Assembly (NCBI GenBank): GCA_027021705.1
Contig: JALUTT010000005.1
Span: 10,838 to 74,837 of the forward strand
Source: Anaerolineae bacterium
Lineage (GTDB): Bacteria; Chloroflexota; Anaerolineae; S140-20
Direction of reading: 5' to 3'
Length of the DNA stretch: 64,000 bases
The notes under the pieces were generated by a model, which saw only the letters and a list, made by a program, of their open reading frames with translations, searched no databases and was not told the DNA's origin. Of the stretch, positions 11,001 to 20,531 are shown piece after piece. Every line of letters begins with the position of its first letter. Position 1 is the first letter of the stretch. The position numbers and the translations under genes are program-made.

Positions 11001-11137
11001 ATAGCATCTTGGAGGTTATTCAGGATCCGCTGGAATTCGTCGAAGGACCGGCGGGCAGTGATGGAACGGCGTCGTAGGCCCCAGCCCAACCCCAGCAGTG
11101 TGATGACGATCAACAGCAGTAGCCAGTACCCATTCAT
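8096..11137 (-). CDS. Sensor histidine kinase (1 TM, PAS, 3 GAF, PAS, HisKA, HATPase)
   Basis: H-box IHDIRSPLT, NLMDNAIKY, DTGPGI, GAGLGL; paralogous to the 4013-7861 kinase. Confidence 0.9.
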   Translation of the reverse strand: MNGYWLLLLIVITLLGLGWGLRRRSITARRSFDEFQRILNNLQDAILVADPQGQILFANVVAQEWLGVQPGGGELRDLTSTIVPQGAFLSLLEAGGECHLQVGDRSMKALCQRIPLDGSLVVTLLLRDVTTTEALLAEEKRRAHELSTLNQIAQAINASLDLDTVLKAILDNLRTLGDYRAARVCLWDEASNSLIVRREANEDLPSGEENSGHWANQTYSDWIVQHRTPLLVPDTSRLSELQPPTGKAALFIRAYVGVPLLSGDRLIGTLEMVSDRPGAFTQETLSTLEVVANMASVAIENAQLYAEAMMRADELATLNTLAAVASSSLDPDEILQVVVYSLVQALNCQKAAIFLLDEERRELSLHTSWGLSENFVAQSQHIPIEPEGRGQVILDRYPLIVPDIRKEPSLAYLLPLAEQEGFVAFADAPMRGRERVLGSLTVYYSQPHVFPPAEVELLTTFANQVAIALENALLYDLTDRALTRRVEQLSAIEEIGRELTSTLDLERVFNLLLQRAMGTTGATAGLLALYEEKEQGLRLIAHQGYPEEVLSPYRGDLWPLTHGLIGRVVRTGEPALVPNVQEDPAHGSRRPDTVAQIAVPIVKEKRVLGVVCLESNRSQGFSKDDLHFVSHLAEMAAIAIENARLFQQVREGRDNLQAIVDSIHEGILVFDREGRIVLVNPTIEALSGIPPEQLLGHTIEEVVAQHGPRILEMLGYAPEDLDRFSAQLQSRSEEVEKRSFELAGPIPREIERTATPVRNRQGEVIGRIMLLRDVTEERHLARMRQDLTNMIIHDIRSPLTAVVGGIELAADVLQDGGEIEIALNALAMATESSNQILHLVNSLLDISRLEAGQMPLHLAPCSIADLAQTALEQMWPLAERNEITLRTELPPDLPPAHADQELIHRVLINLMDNAIKYSNPKGRVTLSAELMTDRREGEVICLSVADTGPGIPPEYREKIFERFIQVDGQRRGAGLGLTFCKLVVEAHGGQIWVEPAVPEGSIFRFTLPIADPP

Positions 11138-11141
11138 CGGC

Positions 11142-11852
11142 TCAGTGTTGGCTCTCGAATCGGTATCCGACGCCGTGCTCGGTGAGAATGTAGCGGGGGT
11201 TCTTAGGATCGGGTTCCAGTTTCCGACGCAGGTGCCAGATGTAGACCCGTAGGTAGTCTACATCGTCAATGTACTCCCAACCCCACACCTGCTCGAGCAT
11301 CTCCCGATAGGTCAGAACGCGCCCGGCATTCCGGATGAGCAGGGCCAGCAGATTGTACTCGGTGGGTGTCAGTTTGACAGGTTGACCGTTGACCGTGACC
11401 CGCCTTTTGGCTGCGTTAAAGCTCAGCCAACTGTCCGCGTACAGCGGCTCCTCCGATGAGGCCATCTCCACAGGGCCCATCGCTGCCCGGCGTAGGTTGG
11501 CCCGGATACGAGCGACCAGGACCGGCAGTTCAAAGGGTTTGACGATGTAATCGTCCGCCCCATCCTCCAGCCCCCGCACGATGTCCTCTTGCCGTCCTTG
11601 GGCAGTCAGCATAATGATGGGCACGTTGGAGACCTCGCGGATCCGCTGACAAACTGTCCAGCCATCCATCTGGGGCATCATAATGTCCAGCAGCACCAGG
11701 TCTGGATGGTGAAGGTAGACCTGGCGCAGCCCCTCGCGCCCATCGTGGGCCACCAGGACCTCGAACCCCTCTTGGGTGAGATGGCGGCGGACCAGCTCGG
11801 TGATCAACCGGTCATCGTCAATGATCAGGATGGTGGCCTGTTGTTGGGTCAT
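11142..11852 (-). CDS. OmpR/KdpE-family response regulator
   Basis: IIDDD, LLDIMMP, GADDYIVKPF, winged helix YLRVYIWHLRRKLEPDPKNPRYILTEHGVGYRF. Confidence 0.93.
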   Translation of the reverse strand: MTQQQATILIIDDDRLITELVRRHLTQEGFEVLVAHDGREGLRQVYLHHPDLVLLDIMMPQMDGWTVCQRIREVSNVPIIMLTAQGRQEDIVRGLEDGADDYIVKPFELPVLVARIRANLRRAAMGPVEMASSEEPLYADSWLSFNAAKRRVTVNGQPVKLTPTEYNLLALLIRNAGRVLTYREMLEQVWGWEYIDDVDYLRVYIWHLRRKLEPDPKNPRYILTEHGVGYRFESQH

Positions 11853-11919
11853 ACCGGCATTCCTCCTGCGGGGACATTATACCACATATTGTCCAATCTT
11901 GCACTGGGGGTAGGGGGCG

Positions 11920-12300
11920 ACCGTCACGAGTGCAGTGCCGGTCAAACCGCCTGATGACCAATTCCACCGCATTGTTGGTCTTGGGAATCACCCGGCTCTC
12001 GATGCCATTGACCAGGGTAGGCCAATGCCGCTCTAGAAACTCAAAGATGACCACGGCCCCAGGCCTCTCTTTTTTTCACACAAGGGGTTGCGGCAGTAGT
12101 AGCGGTACACCTCCACCGTCTGCAGGTTCCCCTCGGCGTCATAGTACTTCTTGAGACGGGGCTTCCGGCTCTTGCGCACCACCTGGGTCGAGCCGCAGTA
12201 GATGCAACGCACCGTCCCATCGGTCACCTCTTCCTAGCGGCCAAAGAGCACCCTCTCCACCCGCATCAGCCAGGGCAGGGCTTTGAAGGGATGGTCTCCC
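11920..12300 (-). pseudogene. Degenerate DDE transposase remnant
   Basis: Zn-ribbon fragment RCIYCGS...YYCRNPLC with an in-frame TAG (12234-12236), joined out of frame to a C-terminal IPKTNNAVELVIRRFDRH fragment. Confidence 0.65.
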
Positions 12301-12407
12301 CTCACCGAGAGGTGAAGTGGCCGCAGATGGTGGCCCTGTAGCTCCCGTCCTCTTCCTGCACCACCTCAACCCAGGGCTCTTCCCGACCACAGAGTTTGAA
12401 CCAACCC

Positions 12408-12436
12408 TTGACGGAGGCTCCCTCTTGTGCTATACA
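12408..12436 (+). promoter_or_regulatory. sigma70-type promoter
   Basis: TTGACG-N17-TATACA with extended -10 TG. Confidence 0.5.
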
Positions 12437-12550
12437 ACGGGTGGAACCGGTCACGGGTTACCGGGACAGCCCGGCGCGGTTTGGGCGGACCCACCGGCGA
12501 CCAACCGTCGGGGAGAGAGCGGCGAACCGAGAACCTATAGGAAGGAGATG

Positions 12551-13123
12551 ATGGGAAAGCGAGCACGCCACCCCCTGGCCCTCCAAGCGGTCGTCCTGGT
12601 CCGGGCCGGCCTGCTTCTGGGATTCCTCACGCTGACGCTGATCCTCCCGCCATCGGTGCAAGCCCATGGCAGTGCCCCCTACCCGATCTTGCTGGAGTCG
12701 CCAGTGGGCCCCTACGTGGTCACCCTGCTGGCCGACCCCGACGTGGGCGGGGGGACCTTCACCGTGGAACTCGCCTTGGCCAACGGACGGGCCGTGCCCG
12801 GGGGAACCACCGTCACCCTCTGGGTTCGGCCTCAGGACGGCCACCGGGAGGAGGCGGGCTACGAAGGCCGGCGTCAGACCGAGGGAACGGATACCTTCGT
12901 CGTCGAAATCCCCTTCGACACCGAGGGGATGTGGCAGGCTCGGCTGGTGGTCAACGGCCCGGCCGGGCAGGGCGAGCGGGCCTTCTCGGTCCGGGTGACC
13001 CCGCCCGGCACCAACAGGCTGGGGTCCCTGCTCTGCCTGCTGCCCTTCCTGGCCCTGGGCCTTCTCTGGTTGATCGGTGCCCGGCGTCATCGCCGGGAGG
13101 CCGAACCCGGGGCGGAGCGGTGA
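12551..13123 (+). CDS. Exported/membrane-anchored Ig-fold (YtkA/FixH-like) protein
   Basis: Signal peptide ending VQA-H (mature N-terminal His), beta-rich domain ending GMWQARLVVNGPAGQG, C-terminal TM; AGGAAGGAG RBS. Confidence 0.55.
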   Translation: MGKRARHPLALQAVVLVRAGLLLGFLTLTLILPPSVQAHGSAPYPILLESPVGPYVVTLLADPDVGGGTFTVELALANGRAVPGGTTVTLWVRPQDGHREEAGYEGRRQTEGTDTFVVEIPFDTEGMWQARLVVNGPAGQGERAFSVRVTPPGTNRLGSLLCLLPFLALGLLWLIGARRHRREAEPGAER

Positions 13124-13184
13124 GCCGGCCCCTGGGCATTGCCAAGCCCGAGAGCCGCCTCCACGTCTTCCATAAAACTCCTCC

Positions 13185-13212
13185 TTGCCCCTCCGCCACT
13201 TTGCGGTACAAT
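13185..13212 (+). promoter_or_regulatory. Putative sigma70 promoter of hisIE
   Basis: TTGCCC-N16-TACAAT. Confidence 0.4.
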
Positions 13213-13251
13213 CCCTGACACGGTGATGCATAGGACGCTCCCCACGAGACG

Positions 13252-13962
13252 ATGAGCAACACAGCCAGCCTACGCCATTTGCGATGGGATGATCGGGGCC
13301 TGCTCCCGGCCGTCGTCCAGGACGCCGAAACCCGCCAGATCCTGATGGTGGCCTGGATGAACGAAGAAGCCCTGCAGCGAACCCTGGAGACGGGCGAGAC
13401 CTGGTTCTGGAGCCGTAGCCGACAGGCCCTCTGGCACAAAGGAGCCACCAGCGGCAATATCCAGCGGGTGCGCGAGGTTCGGGTGGACTGCGACGGGGAC
13501 ACGCTGTTGGTCCTGGTGGACCCGGCCGGCCCGGCCTGCCACACGGGCCACCGGAGCTGCTTCTACCGCTCCTGGGAGGCGTTCGTGGAAGAGGCCGGAG
13601 AACCCCAGGAGGGCGCGGCAGCACAGCGGGAGGCGGTGACACCAGGGCGACGGCGGGTGCTGGACCGGCTCTTCGCCGTCATCGAGAGCCGGCGGGAGAA
13701 CCCGCCGCCGGGCTCCTACACCGCCCGCCTCTTCGCCGCCGGCGAGGACGAGATCGTCAAGAAGGTCGGTGAGGAAGCCGTCGAGGTGATCCTGGCCGCC
13801 AAAAGCCAGGGAGACCGGCGGCTCATCGAGGAGATGGCCGACCTGGTCTACCACAGCCTGGTCCTCCTGGCCGCCCGGGGGCTCACCCTGGAGGACCTGG
13901 AGGCCGAGCTCCGGCGCCGGTTCCGCCCATCGAGCCAACCCCCTTCCCCTACCCAAGAATGA
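13252..13962 (+). CDS. hisIE: Bifunctional phosphoribosyl-AMP cyclohydrolase / phosphoribosyl-ATP pyrophosphatase
   Basis: [54 protein letters not shown]. Confidence 0.95.
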   Translation: MSNTASLRHLRWDDRGLLPAVVQDAETRQILMVAWMNEEALQRTLETGETWFWSRSRQALWHKGATSGNIQRVREVRVDCDGDTLLVLVDPAGPACHTGHRSCFYRSWEAFVEEAGEPQEGAAAQREAVTPGRRRVLDRLFAVIESRRENPPPGSYTARLFAAGEDEIVKKVGEEAVEVILAAKSQGDRRLIEEMADLVYHSLVLLAARGLTLEDLEAELRRRFRPSSQPPSPTQE

Positions 13963-13980
13963 TGAAAGGAATGAGTTGCG

Positions 13981-16900
13981 ATGACCACGACTCCTCCAGA
14001 GGATCCGACAGGCACTTGGAAGAGGCTCTTGGAGAACATCCTGGAGAGGTTGACTCCTGAAACCTTTAGGCAGGAACTGCCCGACCTGCGTGCCCGCTAC
14101 GGAGACGACCCCGAGGAACTCGGCATTGCCTACCTGGCGCTACTGACCCAGATCGGGCTGGGGAGCTTACTGTCGCTCGCCGCTGCCCTCCCCTTGGAGG
14201 AGGCCGAGGCAGCCTTGGACACCCTGGCCAAGGCCGTGGGAGGGTTCGACTTCTCTTCGGCGGCCGAGACCCTCTCGGACGACGATGAGCTAACCCCTTA
14301 CTACCGCGCCCTGGCCACCCTCGCCGGCGAGATGATCCCCCGGATTGTCTCGGCCCTCACGGCCATCTTTCGAGCTTATGTGCGGGGCACTTATGCGGGC
14401 ACCGATCCCAACGAACTCATCGAGCAGGCCCTGGCCCTGGCCGAGACGGACCCCGAGCGGGGGCGGGAACTGATCGCCCAAGCCGGCGCCCTCTACCTGG
14501 AGGGCAAGCCCCTCTGGTGGCGCTGGCCGCGAGAGGTCGGGGGAAGTCCTCTGGCCCAGTGGCTCTCCGACGTCTTGTTCTACGGGCAAACCGTCCAAGA
14601 AGGTTGGCCTCCGATGGGGCCGGTAGACCAATGGCGGGCCGAGTTCCAAGCTTACCTCGCCGAGCCTCCCGAGCGCCGGGCAGCCGAGGAGGAACGGTTG
14701 CGAGCTTGGAAGAGGCTAGAGGCCAAGTACGAACAGGCCGAGCAGGAGGCCGAAGAGCTGGCCGAGACGTTGAAACAGCGCCTGATCGAGATCGGGGAGG
14801 GAGATCTCCCTCGGGAGATCTACACCCTCTGCGAGAAGAACCGAGAGGCGGTGATTCCCATCCTGATCGAGCTGGCCGCCGATGAAGAACTTGCCCTGAT
14901 GGATGCGCCCGGTGAAGGCTTCGTCCCCATCCACGCGGTCCACCTCCTGGGCCACCTGAAGGCCGCCGAGGCCGTGCCCACCCTGATTGACCTGGTGGCC
15001 GAATGCGAGCCCGACGAGTACCTGTTCAACGAAGCCTTGAGCGCCCTGAAGGAGATCGGAGAGCCGGCGGCGGAGCCCCTCTTCCAGTTTATGCGCTACT
15101 CCCGCCTCCCAGAGGCCAAGGCCGACCTCGCCCCCACTCTGGTCGAGGTGGCGGGTGAGGACGAGCGCACCTTCCCCACCTTAGCCCGGCTGTTGGAGGA
15201 GCTCTCCTGGGAAGAGGGGAAGGGCCTGGTGATCATAGCCCTGGCCGATCTGGGGGACCAACGGGCCGTCCCCCTGCTCTGGGATCAACTGGAAAGCGTC
15301 GAGGAGGCCATAGACCGCCAGGAGGTCTTGGCTGCGCTGGAAGAACTGGGCATTCCCAAAGGCGATGAGCGGTTGCTCACTTTGGAACGCCGTTGGGTCC
15401 GCGAGGAGATTCTATCCCGGTGGGACAGAATGATCGCCGAGGTAACCGATCCCCAGGAACTGGCGGAGTTTATCGAGGGGAATGAAGAGATAGGGGAATC
15501 CGAGGCCGCCCACCTGGCCCACGCGGTTGCCGATTTCTACTTCCTCCAACTGACCTGGGCGGTCTCGATGACCCTCCTGAGCGGAGACGAGAGGACAATG
15601 ACGAAGGTCCTGAGCCGGGCTCGGGAAGCCAGCGAAGTCCTCGATTTCGAGGACGACCTCTCCGGCTACGAGCCTTGGTTGCGCCGGGTCTACGAGCACA
15701 TCGCCTCCTGCGCCGGCCGTGAACTCCAAGACCGATTGCACGGCCTCTGGCTGACCCTCGACCACTACTGGCGTGGTGCCTACGACGAAGAGGCCGACCC
15801 CAACGCGCTCATCTTGGAAGCCCGTCGCCTCGTGGGAGAGGACTTCGCCCAGGCCGAGGCGCTGGTGGGCCAGGCCGGTGCCCTCGTCCTGCAAGGACGT
15901 CCCTTCTGGAGGCGCTGGCCTAAGGAAGCGCCATCTCCCCTCAACCGATGGCTCTATGCTATCGCCACCCTGCGTCGTGCCCTGGACGATAGCCAGGCTT
16001 ACCCCCTGGAAGCTTGGGGGGAGAGATCGCTTCAGGCCGCGCCGAATTTGATCCTTCGGGTCTCGTTGCCCTACTACCCCGATGCCAAGCGGGTGCTCGA
16101 TAGCCTCGCCCGCGAGCAGGAGTCGAAGGTCGGTTCCGAGTTGATCGAGGCCCTGTACGAGATTCCTCCCCTCCCGGCCAAACCCGACACCCGTCTGCTT
16201 CGCCGCTTCCGCCGCCACCGCCAGGAGGTGATCCCCCTTCTCATTGACTTGGTGGAGGATCGAAGCACCTGGTCCCTAGAGGCACGGGGCGAAGGATGGA
16301 CTCCCGCCTTGGCCATCCGCCTGTTGGGCTACCTTCGGGCAAGCGAGGCGGCGGAGACGCTGGTCGAGGTGGTGGCCGAGACCGAGTGGGATGCGGCCCT
16401 CTTCGAGTCGGCCATCCTGGCCCTGCTGGCCCTGGAGCGTGCCGCTTTTCCGGCCGTCGCCGACTACTTCCGCTATGGCCAGGACGTGGAGACCAAGGTC
16501 GCCCTGGCCGAGGTGCTGGTCAATGCCGGCCAACGCGAGCCCGAGACCTACCCCTGGCTGGCCACCCTCTGGCGGGAAGCTGCCTGGGACCAGCAGCGCC
16601 GATTGGTGGCCGTCGCCTTCGGTGACCTGAAGGACCGCCGGGCCGTCCCCCTCCTCCGACAGGCTCTGGAGGACCCCCAGGCCGACGATGTGGACCGGGA
16701 TTACGTCCGCTGGGCGTTGCAGCAGCTGGGCGAACCCGCCCCTCCCGCCCCGGAGCAAAAGGGTTTCCTTGCCAACCTTTTCCGAGGGCAGAAGGTGAAG
16801 ACCCCCTTGCCCGCCCGCGAGCGACTGCTCTTCGACGAGGAACAAGGCATCTACCAACGGGCCCGCTTCACCGTTTGGGGAGAGCCCCTTTGCCCCCACT

Positions 16901-17040
16901 GCGGCCGGCCCATGGCGTGGGACGAACGAGAAGGAACTTGGGTCCATCCCCCCTCCACGACGCCCTCGGCCCCCGCCAAGCCCAAGCGAAAGAAGAAGAA
17001 AGCCCGCAAGCGGGCCAAGAAGCGCAAGCGCCGCCGGTAG
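13981..17040 (+). CDS. HEAT-repeat protein with internal duplication, C-terminal CxxC and polybasic tail
   Basis: 1019-aa ORF; HEAT/PBS-lyase-like ALADLGDQRAVPLL and AFGDLKDRRAVPLL; two homologous halves; ends CPHC...KPKRKKKKARKRAKKRKRRR. Confidence 0.7.
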   Translation: MTTTPPEDPTGTWKRLLENILERLTPETFRQELPDLRARYGDDPEELGIAYLALLTQIGLGSLLSLAAALPLEEAEAALDTLAKAVGGFDFSSAAETLSDDDELTPYYRALATLAGEMIPRIVSALTAIFRAYVRGTYAGTDPNELIEQALALAETDPERGRELIAQAGALYLEGKPLWWRWPREVGGSPLAQWLSDVLFYGQTVQEGWPPMGPVDQWRAEFQAYLAEPPERRAAEEERLRAWKRLEAKYEQAEQEAEELAETLKQRLIEIGEGDLPREIYTLCEKNREAVIPILIELAADEELALMDAPGEGFVPIHAVHLLGHLKAAEAVPTLIDLVAECEPDEYLFNEALSALKEIGEPAAEPLFQFMRYSRLPEAKADLAPTLVEVAGEDERTFPTLARLLEELSWEEGKGLVIIALADLGDQRAVPLLWDQLESVEEAIDRQEVLAALEELGIPKGDERLLTLERRWVREEILSRWDRMIAEVTDPQELAEFIEGNEEIGESEAAHLAHAVADFYFLQLTWAVSMTLLSGDERTMTKVLSRAREASEVLDFEDDLSGYEPWLRRVYEHIASCAGRELQDRLHGLWLTLDHYWRGAYDEEADPNALILEARRLVGEDFAQAEALVGQAGALVLQGRPFWRRWPKEAPSPLNRWLYAIATLRRALDDSQAYPLEAWGERSLQAAPNLILRVSLPYYPDAKRVLDSLAREQESKVGSELIEALYEIPPLPAKPDTRLLRRFRRHRQEVIPLLIDLVEDRSTWSLEARGEGWTPALAIRLLGYLRASEAAETLVEVVAETEWDAALFESAILALLALERAAFPAVADYFRYGQDVETKVALAEVLVNAGQREPETYPWLATLWREAAWDQQRRLVAVAFGDLKDRRAVPLLRQALEDPQADDVDRDYVRWALQQLGEPAPPAPEQKGFLANLFRGQKVKTPLPARERLLFDEEQGIYQRARFTVWGEPLCPHCGRPMAWDEREGTWVHPPSTTPSAPAKPKRKKKKARKRAKKRKRRR

Positions 17041-17250
17041 CCTCTGGGGAGGCACCGAGGAGTGAGAAACGAGGCACCACGGCACCCAACACCCGACCAT
17101 CGGACCACCGGACCATTCGACCAATAGGCCAAATGGCCTGCCCAGAGCCCGTAAAACGGCGGTTGTGCGCCGACCACCAGCGGGGTATAATGACTCCACA
17201 GCCAAAGGCTCAAAGATCGGAGAGATTGGCTGATCAGAAAGGAGTCTTCA

Positions 17251-19716
17251 ATGGCAACACGACAGGTTACCCTGCCCGTCCAGGGCATGACGTGCGCCTC
17301 CTGCGTCAGCCACGTCGCCCATGCTCTGGAAAAGGTGCCGGGAGTGGCCCAGGTCCAGGTCAACCTGGCGACCGAGAAGGCCACCGTCACGTTTGATAAC
17401 GGCCCGGTCCCCCTGACCGATCTGATCCAGGCGGTTCGGGAGACGGGCTACGATGTTCCCACCGAGACCGTCACCCTGCCCATCGGCGGGATGACGTGTG
17501 CCTCCTGCGTCAGCCACGTTGAGCATGCGCTGAAAGGGGTTCCTGGCGTCCTCGACGCCGTCGTCAACCTGGCCACCGAGAAGGCCACCGTCACCTTCAT
17601 CCCCGGCGTCGCCGGCCTGGCCGACTTCAAGCGGGCCGTGGCCGAGACAGGCTACGAGGTGCTGGAGGTCCCGGAAGCCGGCGCGGTGGGTGAGGAGGAG
17701 GAAGACGAGGCCGAGCGGAAGATGCGGGAGGCCCGCTTCCGCATGCGGGTCGCCTGGATCTTCACCGTGCCCATCATCCTCTGGATGTTCGCCGAGATGT
17801 TCTTCGGCATCCTCTGGCCCAGTGCGACTCTCTACAACCTGGGGGTGATCCTCCTGGCCCTGCCCGTGCTCTTCTGGGTGGGTTGGCGCACCTACCGGAG
17901 CGGCTTGGTGGCGGTACGTCACGGCTACGCCAATATGGACACCCTCATCGCTCTGGGCACCGGCGTCTCGTTGCTCACCGGGCCGGCATCCTTCTTCTTC
18001 CCCGTCGCTAACTACGCCGGTGTCGCCGCGATGATCATGGCCTTCCACCTGACCGGGCGTTACGTGGAGGAGTCGGCCAAGGGACGGGCCTCCCAAGCCA
18101 TCCGCAAGCTGCTGGAACTGGGGGCCAAGACCGCCCGCGTCATCCGGGATGGTCAGGAGGTTGAGGTCCCCATCGAGGATGTCCAGGTAGGCGATGTGAT
18201 GGTCGTCCGCCCCGGCGAGAAGGTCCCCACCGACGGCGTTGTCCTCGAGGGAGAGAGCGCCGTGGACGAGTCTATGGCCACCGGCGAGTCCATGCCGGTC
18301 AACAAGCGACCTGGCGACGAGGTGATCGGGGCTACCGTCAACCAGGAAGGGTTGTTGAAAGTGCGGGCCACCCGCGTGGGCAAGGACACCTTCCTGGCCC
18401 AGGTGATTAAGCTGGTCGAGGAGTGCCAGGGTTCCAAAGTCCCCATCCAGGAGTTCGCCGACCGCGTCACCGGTGTCTTCGTCCCCGTGGTCATCGGTAT
18501 CGCCGTCCTCACCTTGCTGGCCTGGATCGTCGCGCCGAGCGCGATGCAGCCCCTGGTCCGGGCAGGTACCTTCCTACCCTGGGTGAACCCAGACCTGGGG
18601 GTCGTCACCCTGGCCATCGTCTCGATGGTTGCCGTGCTGGTCATCGCCTGCCCCTGCGCCCTGGGGCTGGCCACCCCCACAGCGCTGATGGTGGGCAGCG
18701 GAATGGGCGCCGAACACGGTATCCTCATCCGCAGCGGTGAGGCCATCCAAACCCTGAAGGATGTCCGCGTCATCATCTTCGACAAGACCGGGACCATCAC
18801 CAAGGGGAAGCCCGAGGTGACGGATGTGGTGGCGGTCAACGGCTTCGACCAAGCCGTCGTGCTGGAGACGGCGGCGGCGGCGGAGCGGGGCAGCGAGCAC
18901 CCGCTGGGCCGAGCCATCGTCGAGCGGGCCCAGGCCGAGGGGCTGGCCCTGGCCGAGCCCCGAGAGTTCCAGGCTATCCGGGGCAAGGGGATCGTGGCCT
19001 CGGTCAACGGGAACCGGGTGCTGGTTGGCTCCCGCCGCTTGATGGAAGAGCACGGCCTAGATCCGACGCCGCTGGAGGAGACGCTGCGCCAACTGGAAGA
19101 AGAAGCCAAGACGGCTATGCTGGTGGCCCTGGATGGCCAACTGGCCGGCGTCATCGCCGTGGCCGACACGCTGAAGGAGGATTCAGTGGCCGCCATCCAG
19201 GAACTGCGACAGATGGGGCTGGAGACGGCGATGATCACCGGCGACAACCGGCGCACCGCCCAGGCCATCGCCCGCCGGGTGGGCATTGACCACGTGCTGG
19301 CCGAGGTCCTGCCCGATGGCAAGGTCACCGAGGTGCAGAAGCTCCAGGAGCGGTTCGGCCTGGTCGCCTTCGTGGGTGACGGCATCAACGACGCCCCTGC
19401 TCTGACCCAGGCCAACGTGGGCATCGCCATCGGCACCGGCACCGACATCGCCATCGAGGCCAGCGATGTGACCCTGGTGCGGGGGGAGCTGACCGGCGTC
19501 GTCGAGGCCATCAACCTGAGCCGGGCCACCTTCCGCAAGATCAAGCAGAACCTCTTCTGGGCTTTCTTCTACAACGTCGTGATGATCCCGCTGGCGGTCA
19601 TCGGCTGGATGCACCCGGTGCTGGCAGAGGTTGCGATGGCTACGTCCTCCATCACCGTCGTCACCAACGCCAACACCCTGCGCCGCGTGGACATTCGGCC
19701 CAGCTATCTCAAGTAG
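17251..19716 (+). CDS. copA: Cu(I)-translocating P1B-1 ATPase
   Basis: Two GMTCASC domains, [31 protein letters not shown] and MATSS helices. Confidence 0.95.
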   Translation: MATRQVTLPVQGMTCASCVSHVAHALEKVPGVAQVQVNLATEKATVTFDNGPVPLTDLIQAVRETGYDVPTETVTLPIGGMTCASCVSHVEHALKGVPGVLDAVVNLATEKATVTFIPGVAGLADFKRAVAETGYEVLEVPEAGAVGEEEEDEAERKMREARFRMRVAWIFTVPIILWMFAEMFFGILWPSATLYNLGVILLALPVLFWVGWRTYRSGLVAVRHGYANMDTLIALGTGVSLLTGPASFFFPVANYAGVAAMIMAFHLTGRYVEESAKGRASQAIRKLLELGAKTARVIRDGQEVEVPIEDVQVGDVMVVRPGEKVPTDGVVLEGESAVDESMATGESMPVNKRPGDEVIGATVNQEGLLKVRATRVGKDTFLAQVIKLVEECQGSKVPIQEFADRVTGVFVPVVIGIAVLTLLAWIVAPSAMQPLVRAGTFLPWVNPDLGVVTLAIVSMVAVLVIACPCALGLATPTALMVGSGMGAEHGILIRSGEAIQTLKDVRVIIFDKTGTITKGKPEVTDVVAVNGFDQAVVLETAAAAERGSEHPLGRAIVERAQAEGLALAEPREFQAIRGKGIVASVNGNRVLVGSRRLMEEHGLDPTPLEETLRQLEEEAKTAMLVALDGQLAGVIAVADTLKEDSVAAIQELRQMGLETAMITGDNRRTAQAIARRVGIDHVLAEVLPDGKVTEVQKLQERFGLVAFVGDGINDAPALTQANVGIAIGTGTDIAIEASDVTLVRGELTGVVEAINLSRATFRKIKQNLFWAFFYNVVMIPLAVIGWMHPVLAEVAMATSSITVVTNANTLRRVDIRPSYLK

Positions 19717-19767
19717 CCTGCCCACACGCTACGCCATCCGCAACAGGCCACACAGGGGAGAATCTCT

Positions 19768-20529
19768 ATGCGCCTTCTGGCCATCATCTCGGGGGAGTAC
19801 GGTCGGCGTCACGTTGAGAACATTCGCACCCACGGGCCCTCCGACTGGACCGTGGAGGTCTGGCAGGCCCCGGCCATCCTGCCCCCCATCGTGGACTACC
19901 CGGAGGAGTTCGTCCCGGAGACGCTGCCGCCGACCGATCTCGTCCTCTCCTTTGGGGAGAAGCCGGGCATCGCGGAGCTGCTCCCCGAGGTGGCCCGGGT
20001 CACCGGTGCCCGGGCCGTCATCGCCCCGGTGGACAGCGAAGCCTGGCTCCCCCGGGGGCTGGCTCGCCAACTGCGTCGCTGGCTTCAAGAGATGGGGGTG
20101 GCCTGCGTGACCCCCAAGCCTCTCTGCTCGCTGACCGAACGCGACTACCAGATCGCTCGTCGGCAGCGGATCGAGTACGACGATCCGCTCATCGCCGCCT
20201 TCGCCCGCCACTTCGGCCGGCCAGACCTGCGTATCACGGTGGACCCGGAGACCCGGCGGATCACTGCCGTCGAGGTGCAACGGGATGCCGTCTGTGGGTG
20301 CGCTCGCTACGCAGCCCAGGGATTGATCGGCGTGGATGTGGATGAGGCGGAACAGAAGGCCGGGATGCTGCACCACCACTACCCCTGCCTGGCCAGTATG
20401 GGGGTGGACAGTGACTACGACGACACGCTGATGCACATCTCGGGCAACCTGCTCCGGGACAACGTCGCTGCCCAGGTCAAGCCCTTCACCCGCGTCCGCT
20501 ACATCCAGCCAGGGGTGCGGAGCGAGTAA
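19768..20529 (+). CDS. DUF166 family protein
   Basis: PKPLCSL, FGRP, RDAVCGCA, HHYPCLASM motifs recalled for DUF166. Confidence 0.7.
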   Translation: MRLLAIISGEYGRRHVENIRTHGPSDWTVEVWQAPAILPPIVDYPEEFVPETLPPTDLVLSFGEKPGIAELLPEVARVTGARAVIAPVDSEAWLPRGLARQLRRWLQEMGVACVTPKPLCSLTERDYQIARRQRIEYDDPLIAAFARHFGRPDLRITVDPETRRITAVEVQRDAVCGCARYAAQGLIGVDVDEAEQKAGMLHHHYPCLASMGVDSDYDDTLMHISGNLLRDNVAAQVKPFTRVRYIQPGVRSE

Positions 20530-20531
20530 GG

